DNA from: Cystobasidiomycetes sp. EMM_F5
Lineage: Eukaryota
Assembly: GCA_051047955.1 (NCBI GenBank)
Contig: JBPGPT010000018.1
Coordinates: forward strand, 186,001 to 250,000
Length of the DNA stretch: 64,000 bases
Reading direction: 5' to 3'
Part shown: piece by piece, positions 62,925 through 64,000 of the stretch
How positions within the stretch are numbered: position 1 is the first letter of the stretch
Layout: every line of letters begins with the position of its first letter
Program-made: the position numbers and the translations under genes
Notes under the pieces: generated by a model
What the model was told of the DNA's origin: nothing
The model's database searches: none
Seen by the model: only the letters and a program-made list of their open reading frames with translations

Positions 62925-63959
62925 ATGTCATGGAAGGATGCGCTGGTCGACTATGCAAAGACTCCGGACCCATCGGAACTGCCTCCGGAGGTCTTGCTGA
63001 TGAGCACTGATAACACAATCTCCATCTGGGATAAGTTCCCGAAAGCAATGTTTCACTTTCTCGTCCTGCCCAGGTTGCCTTTCCAGCTGCCTGAACCTAC
63101 TCAGGACGTCTCTCAGACGACCCTGAACAGTCTCTCGTCACTAATATCGAATAAACATGGTTTGGCTGTCTTGAAGATTTTGAAATATGCCAGCTTGGAG
63201 GCGAGTGGGCAAGCTTGGACAAGTTGAGCGCGTTTGGATCATTGCTGAAAAAGCAGTCAAGTAGGTCATAGAGACTGTGGAGGACGAGATGGTCAAGAAA
63301 CATGGCTTCAAGTGGCCAATATCCGTCGGCTTTCATGCCGTCGAGTCCATGGCGCACGTACATCTGTAGGCTTCATGGGAGCAGTTGGAAGACGAAGTCC
63401 ACCTGATTGTGGTCGTTCATGTATACTTGAAAAGACACGTCATATCGCAAGACTTCGTTTCTGACAGCCTCAAGAATAAAAAACACTGGAATTCGTTCAA
63501 CCCATCGCACGGTAAGCATAGCTACAGTATTCATATCAGAGCTCAAATAACAGTGCGATGACCAGGATTTTTTCTACATCTCGACGACGTCCTCCAATGG
63601 GTGGAAAACAAGACACTGAAGGAGGCAGGTCTAATTTCTAGGATGATTCTAAAAAATTACAGCTGATGGCTAAACAGCATACAAAGTCCAAAGCAAACTA
63701 CGAGAAGCTGCTGAATAGCTCGCTAGAATGCTTTCGATGCGATGAAACTTTTTCAACGATCCCTAGACTGAAAGATCACCTGAGGCAGGAATTTGACAAG
63801 CTCAAGATCGACGCAGAAACGAGCAACCGCAAGACGAAGCGGAAAATGTCTGTTGACGACGAGCCGGATGAGCGGTCAGAAAGCAAGCATCGGAGAACAT
63901 TGTCAGATGCAGCAGAAGAGCCTGAACCGACTGAACAGTCTGGCAAGGCTCGAAAGTGA
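62925..63959 (+). CDS. HNT3: Aprataxin-like DNA 5'-AMP hydrolase Hnt3 (HIT domain + C2HE zinc finger)
   Basis: [42 protein letters not shown], zinc finger [12 protein letters not shown]. Confidence 0.92.
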
Positions 63960-64000
63960 CTAGTCAGTAGGTATGGACATTCATAGCACCTCGAATCCCG

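Overview
This is eukaryotic DNA: a compact, intron-rich fungal chromosome segment of roughly 50-55% GC, with GT-AG introns mostly 40-80 nt long and CTRAC/CTRAT branch sites. Gene structure and protein sequences point to a basidiomycete, probably a yeast-like lineage (inference). No rRNA, tRNA, CRISPR array or intact transposon is evident. About 19 conserved genes are recognisable: an F-box protein, SMARCD/Snf12, an A1 aspartic protease, a DHA1-type MFS transporter, a UBE2S-like E2, AKR1, METTL14/KAR4-like, DCN1, IPI3, DIM1, ZRC1/COT1, an SLM1-like BAR-PH protein, UBC8, PRE10, DIS3, a CBF1-like bHLH factor, PSD2, ERG20 and HNT3. An alpha/beta hydrolase-like gene is also present. Two orphan-gene arrays interrupt this set. 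(1) At 3.7-8.6 kb are three tandem paralogs with a shared phase-2 intron; one has an in-frame TAG, one is C-terminally truncated, and a non-coding upstream block was co-duplicated. (2) At 46.8-52.8 kb, between DIS3 and CBF1, are four co-oriented intronless genes that appear to share a twice-repeated unknown module; one has a SUMO-consensus tandem repeat and a 1-nt frameshift. Other notable items are a ~430-bp AT-rich, T-skewed island with internal repeats (centromere- or origin-like), a long intron with mutually exclusive helices, and a recurrent intergenic motif TCAGCCCGYCA. Gene names come from motif recognition, not database searches, and exon boundaries were inferred by eye.
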